A stretch of 64,000 nucleotides of DNA, taken from contig JAGWWM010000007.1 in NCBI GenBank assembly GCA_018970395.1, positions 14,839 through 78,838 of the forward strand, given 5' to 3'. Below the pieces are notes generated by a model. It searched no databases. It saw only the letters and a program-made list of their open reading frames with translations, and was not told the DNA's origin. Position 1 is the first letter of the stretch; the number at the start of each line of letters is the position of its first letter. The stretch comes from Bacteroidota bacterium. GTDB lineage: Bacteria; Bacteroidota; Bacteroidia; Chitinophagales; Chitinophagaceae. Below are positions 59,696-64,000 of the stretch, piece after piece. Made by a program: the position numbers and the translations under genes.

Positions 59696-60952
59696 CTACA
59701 CCAAATACCCAAACAATGTATCATTCTTATTAAGCTCCGTAAACTGAATCTGATACTGCTGCATATTCTGTAACAGCTGCGCGTAATCATCTTTGGATTT
59801 CAATTCAACACCAATAAGAGCGGGACCACTTTCTTTGTTGGTTTTCTGGATATATTCGAAGCGGGTGATATCATCAGATGGGCCGAGCACATGATTCACA
59901 AATTCTTTCAATGCACCTGGACGCTGCGCAAAGCGCACGAGGAAATAATGCTTGAGTCCTTCATATTGCAATGAACGTTCCTTGATCTCCTGCATACGAT
60001 CAATATCATTGTTGCTGCCGCTCACTATGCATACTACATTCTTGCCTTTAATCTGCTCAGCATACTGATCCAGTGCAGCAATGCTTAAGGCGCCGGCAGG
60101 CTCTACAACAATTGCATCTTCATTATACAAATTAAGAATAGTCGTACAAACTTTTCCTTCAGGAATGAGGAGTATATCCGCTAATACTTCTTTACAAATT
60201 GAAAAGGTGATATCTCCCACTCTCTTCACCGCCGCCCCATCGACAAAGCGATCAATTTCATTTAATACAACAGGATGCCCCTCCTTCAATGCCTGATACA
60301 TAGCAGGTGCCCCTTCCGGTTCTACCCCAATAATTTTTGTTTGAGGAGAATAGGTTTTGAAATAAGCCCCTACTCCTGCAGATAAGCCGCCACCACCCAC
60401 GGGAAGAAATAAATAATCAATATCAGAGGTATCTTCTAATATTTCGAGTCCAACCGTTCCTTGTCCTTCGATAATGCGTTCATGGTCAAAAGGCGGAATA
60501 AAAGTCATTCCGTTCGTACGTGTATATTCCAATGCAGCGGCGGCACAATCATCAAAAGTATCTCCGGCGAGTTCAATGCGTATGGCATCTTCACCGAACA
60601 TCGCAGTCTGACGGATCTTTTGTTTGGGTGTAATAACGGGCATGAACACCACGCCTTTTACCCCCAGCTTCTTACAGCTATAAGCAAATCCCTGTGCATG
60701 ATTACCTGCACTTGCACATACCACGCCATTTGCCAACTGTTCTTCGGGTAATGAACTCATGAGATTATAAGCCCCTCTCAGTTTATAACTTCGGACAATC
60801 TGAAGGTCTTCTCGTTTCAGATACACATTGCACTGATACTTTCGAGATAGATTGGCATGCAACTGCAAGGGTGTATGATGTACTACCTTACGCAGCTTGA
60901 CTGCCGCTTTGTGAAAATGCAATTCAGGAACTATGGTCGTGTTCGTACTCAT
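59696..60952 (-). CDS. ilvA: Threonine ammonia-lyase, short biosynthetic form
   Basis: RSYKLRGA, SAGNHAQG, GGGGL, EPAGA, SGSNND, single ACT-like tail. Confidence 0.95.
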   Translation of the reverse strand: MSTNTTIVPELHFHKAAVKLRKVVHHTPLQLHANLSRKYQCNVYLKREDLQIVRSYKLRGAYNLMSSLPEEQLANGVVCASAGNHAQGFAYSCKKLGVKGVVFMPVITPKQKIRQTAMFGEDAIRIELAGDTFDDCAAAALEYTRTNGMTFIPPFDHERIIEGQGTVGLEILEDTSDIDYLFLPVGGGGLSAGVGAYFKTYSPQTKIIGVEPEGAPAMYQALKEGHPVVLNEIDRFVDGAAVKRVGDITFSICKEVLADILLIPEGKVCTTILNLYNEDAIVVEPAGALSIAALDQYAEQIKGKNVVCIVSGSNNDIDRMQEIKERSLQYEGLKHYFLVRFAQRPGALKEFVNHVLGPSDDITRFEYIQKTNKESGPALIGVELKSKDDYAQLLQNMQQYQIQFTELNKNDTLFGYLV

Positions 60953-60964
60953 TAATTTATCTGC

Positions 60965-62452
60965 TTAGCGACCCGCTGTCTGAATCGCTTTCATTTGTTG
61001 CATCGCTTCTCTTAAAACAGCACCTACATGTTCAATAGGATGTTGACGAATCTGTTTATTGATCGCAATCAGTGATTTATTATCGACACTTCCGTCATTC
61101 CCTTCATTGTAATTTTTACCAATTACTGAAAGATCTACCTGCTTCATGAAATCAACCAGCATCAGACGCGCTGCATGATCAAATAAATAACATCCATACT
61201 CGGCCGTATCAGAAATCACCCGATTCATTTCAAATAATTTTTTACGAGCAATGAGATTCGCAATCAATGGTGTTTCGTGTAAAGATTCGTAATAGGCCGA
61301 TTCTTGTTTAATGCCAGCTTCTACCATGGTTTCAAATGCGAGCTCTACGCCTGCTTTAACGAAAGCTACCATCAGACAACCTTTATCAAAATATTCCTGC
61401 TCTCCGATGGCTTGTGAAGAAGGAGCTGTTTTTTCAAAATCTGTTTCTCCTGTTGCATTACGCCATGCCAATAAATTTTTGTCTCCATTCGCCCAGTCTT
61501 CCATCATGGTTGAGGAGAATACCCCACTCATAATATCATCCTGATGTTTGCGAAATAATGGACGTAGAATTTGTTTGAGCAATTCCGCTAATTCATAGGC
61601 TTTGATTTTAGCAGGATTGGATAAACGATCCATCATAGCTGTAATACCCCCATGCTTCAACGCTTCCGTAATCACTTCCCATCCGTACTGAATGAGTTTG
61701 GAGGCATAATTAGCATCCAATCCTGATGCTTTCATTTTATCGAAACAAAGAATGGAACCACTTTGCAACAATCCACATAAAATCGTTTGCTCTCCCATCA
61801 GATCACTCTTCACTTCTGCTACAAAGGAAGAATGCAATACACCGGCACGCAATCCGCCAATCGCAACTGCATAAGCTTTCGCCTGCGCAAATCCTTTTGC
61901 TTCCGGATCATTCTCCGGATGCACGGCAATCAACGTGGGTACACCAAAACCTCTTTTGTATTCTTCCCGTACTTCCGTTCCCGGCCCTTTTGGAGCGACC
62001 ATGATTACAGTCAGATCTTTTCTCACCTGTAACCCTTCTTCCACAATATTGAATCCATGAGAATAGGAAAGCGTTGCTCCTTTTTTCATCAAAGGCATGA
62101 TCGCATTGACAACTGTTGTGTGTTGTTTGTCTGGGGTGAGATTTGATACCAGGTCTGCATTGGGAATTAACGCTTCATAAGTATCAGCCACAAATCCATT
62201 TTCCGTTGCATTTTTCCAGGAAGCTCTTTTCTCAGCAATGGCTTCAGGACGCAATGCATACGCAACATCAAGCCCGGAGTCGCGCAGATTAAGACCTTGA
62301 TTCAATCCTTGCGCACCGCAACCTACAATCACAATTTTCTTTCCTTTCAATGCATTAATACCCTCTGAAAATTCAGAAGGATCCATAAAACGACACTGTC
62401 CTAATTGAATCAGTTGCTCTCGGAGCGGAAGGGAGTTGAAATAGTTTGCCAT
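60965..62452 (-). CDS. ilvC: Ketol-acid reductoisomerase, long class II form
   Basis: [36 protein letters not shown]. Confidence 0.97.
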   Translation of the reverse strand: MANYFNSLPLREQLIQLGQCRFMDPSEFSEGINALKGKKIVIVGCGAQGLNQGLNLRDSGLDVAYALRPEAIAEKRASWKNATENGFVADTYEALIPNADLVSNLTPDKQHTTVVNAIMPLMKKGATLSYSHGFNIVEEGLQVRKDLTVIMVAPKGPGTEVREEYKRGFGVPTLIAVHPENDPEAKGFAQAKAYAVAIGGLRAGVLHSSFVAEVKSDLMGEQTILCGLLQSGSILCFDKMKASGLDANYASKLIQYGWEVITEALKHGGITAMMDRLSNPAKIKAYELAELLKQILRPLFRKHQDDIMSGVFSSTMMEDWANGDKNLLAWRNATGETDFEKTAPSSQAIGEQEYFDKGCLMVAFVKAGVELAFETMVEAGIKQESAYYESLHETPLIANLIARKKLFEMNRVISDTAEYGCYLFDHAARLMLVDFMKQVDLSVIGKNYNEGNDGSVDNKSLIAINKQIRQHPIEHVGAVLREAMQQMKAIQTAGR

Positions 62453-62485
62453 TTTGTTTGTTATTATAAAAATTTAAGTCGAAAA

Positions 62486-62547
62486 TCGTTGTTCGTTGCT
62501 CGTTGTTCGTTTTTCGATAATCGAAAGACGACAAACGAAAAACGAAA
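62486..62547. repeat. Inverted heptamer arrays (TCGTTNN / NNAACGA)
   Basis: tcgttgt tcgttgc tcgttgt tcgtttt tcga taa tcga aagacga caaacga aaaacga. Confidence 0.8.
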
Positions 62548-62560
62548 GGGACAACAGGAA

Positions 62561-62595
62561 TATCCTCCCCCTTCGCCCCCTCTAAGAGGGGGATA
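62561..62595. repeat. GC-rich REP-like hairpin
   Basis: TATCCTCCCCCTTCG-CCCCCTC-TAA-GAGGGGG-ATA. Confidence 0.7.
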
Positions 62596-62602
62596 AGTTC
62601 AT

Positions 62603-63193
62603 CTACATAGAAAAAACTTCATCCTGCCTATCCAAAAACTCATTCCCCACTACCTCTCTTCCCGGCTTGGCGGCTTCGAATTCCTTGAGTTTTTTGTGAA
62701 AGCCCTCACTCTCTTTAATGATCGCGACGCGCGCACTGCGGACAAATTCTATGAGTCCGTAAGGCTCGAGCACTTTGATCAGATTATCGGTTTCCTCTCT
62801 GTGTCCGGTTACCTCAAACACCGTATAATCTTTTCTGATTACCACCGCTTTGGCGCCATGTTGACTCAAGAGTCTTTCCACTTTCACCTGTTCTGCAATT
62901 ACATCAGTTGGCACTTTGTACATCGCCAATTCCTGCCACACAATTTCATCCGCCACATTGTAATAAGCCTTCAGCACCTCCACCTGTTTCTCAATCTGGC
63001 GGCACAATTTACGAACGACTTCCTCAGTTTCGTGAATTACGATGGTAAAACGATGCACGCTGTCCACTTCAGAGGGAGAAGTGTTCAGGCTATCTACATT
63101 AATCTTCCTTCTGGAAAATATAATCGCAATGCGATTGAGCAATCCGATCTGATTCTCCGTGTAAACAGTAATGGTATAATCCTGCTTTTGCAT
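62603..63193 (-). CDS. ilvN: Acetolactate synthase small subunit
   Basis: ENQIGLLNRI, FSRRKIN..SL, EFVRSARVA. Confidence 0.95.
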   Translation of the reverse strand: MQKQDYTITVYTENQIGLLNRIAIIFSRRKINVDSLNTSPSEVDSVHRFTIVIHETEEVVRKLCRQIEKQVEVLKAYYNVADEIVWQELAMYKVPTDVIAEQVKVERLLSQHGAKAVVIRKDYTVFEVTGHREETDNLIKVLEPYGLIEFVRSARVAIIKESEGFHKKLKEFEAAKPGREVVGNEFLDRQDEVFSM

Positions 63194-63213
63194 CTTTTAA
63201 TATTTAAACCTCT

Positions 63214-64000
63214 TTATACTTCTTCTGCTGACAAAACGATTTCCGCCACTCCCCTGCCCTGAGGCACCATGGGAAATACGTTGTTTTCTTTTCCTACCAT
63301 CACTTCCAGCAAATAAGACCCATTGGTGTCAAGCATTTCTTTCAATGCCTCTTTCAGATCAGCTCTTTGATTGATGGATTTGCCCGGAATACCATAACCT
63401 TTCGCGACCATCACAAAATCCGGACTCTGAATATCCACGAAGGAATATCTTCTCTCATGAAAGAGTTGTTGCCACTGACGCACCATACCGAGGAACTGAT
63501 TATTCAAAATCAAAATTTTCACATTGGGCTTGAACTGCATGATCGTTCCCAACTCCTGTAAGGTCATCTGAAATCCACCATCACCTATAACGGCCACGAC
63601 GGCACGATGCGGATCGCCATAAGCAGCACCGATTGCAGCCGGCAATGCATAACCCATCGTACCCAAACCACCACTGGTGATATTGCTGCGACTGTGATTC
63701 ATCTTCGCGTAGCGACAAGCCACCATCTGATGCTGACCAACATCGGTAACGATGATTGCATTTCCCTCTGTTAATTCATTCAATACACGAATCACTTCTC
63801 CCATCGTCATAATATCATGATCCGGATACATTTCCGGTTGAATACATTTAGATGTTTCTTTTTGCATCGCATTTTCAAAACGCGACAACCATTCAGGATG
63901 CGTTTTTTCCTGAACTAACTGTGTTAAGAGCGGTAATGTTTCTTTGCAATCTCCCCAGATAGGCACCGTTGCTTTCACATTCTTATCAATCTCAGCCGGA
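63214..64000 (-). CDS. ilvB: Acetolactate synthase large subunit, C-terminal part (start outside window)
   Basis: TDVGQHQM, SGGLGTMGYALPAAIGA, GDGGFQM, NNQFLGMVRQWQ; frame stays open to the window edge (PAEIDKNV). Confidence 0.95.
   Translation of the reverse strand, partial: PAEIDKNVKATVPIWGDCKETLPLLTQLVQEKTHPEWLSRFENAMQKETSKCIQPEMYPDHDIMTMGEVIRVLNELTEGNAIIVTDVGQHQMVACRYAKMNHSRSNITSGGLGTMGYALPAAIGAAYGDPHRAVVAVIGDGGFQMTLQELGTIMQFKPNVKILILNNQFLGMVRQWQQLFHERRYSFVDIQSPDFVMVAKGYGIPGKSINQRADLKEALKEMLDTNGSYLLEVMVGKENNVFPMVPQGRGVAEIVLSAEEV

Noticed and set aside
62696-63262. Long antisense ORFs (188 aa opposite ilvN; 186 aa at 38507-39067 opposite proS; others)
   Set aside because: They are shadows of well-supported genes and show no recognisable motifs.

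Overview
A 64 kb chromosomal segment of a Bacteroidota bacterium, most consistent with Chitinophagaceae. The assignment rests on TAnnTTTG promoters, a T9SS plug gene, tamL, and almost no Shine-Dalgarno sites. Left arm (1-14.1 kb): envelope and housekeeping genes (M20 peptidase, LptD-like, amidase, MlaD, OstA-like, nhaA, xerC-like, rpsU, riboflavin synthase, GT2, LolC/E-like, T9SS plug, SRP RNA, fsa). Middle (14.1-32.2 kb): a visibly AT-rich Wzx/Wzy polysaccharide locus. Its sugar cassette has a CMP-ulosonate synthetase, a YhcH protein, an HpcH/HpaI pyruvate aldolase, an SDR, a 6PGL-like lactonase, a HAD and a 2-hydroxyacid dehydrogenase, plus two DUF115/Cst-like transferases, but no NeuB/KdsA synthase. 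This is the best candidate for an undescribed ulosonic-acid pathway. Right arm: ompA, trmH, tamL, truB, proS, FadL-like, miaA, cca, dapD, GT9, an extended SUF operon (sufBCDSE-sufT-bacilliredoxin-Rrf2), gltBD and ilvA/C/N/B. The right-arm intergenic spaces hold several families of miniature palindromic or periodic repeats: a 136-bp pair flanking sufBCD, octamer arrays, heptamer arrays and GC-rich hairpins. No tRNA, rRNA, CRISPR array or transposase was seen. All calls come from reading motifs by eye; no searches were run.
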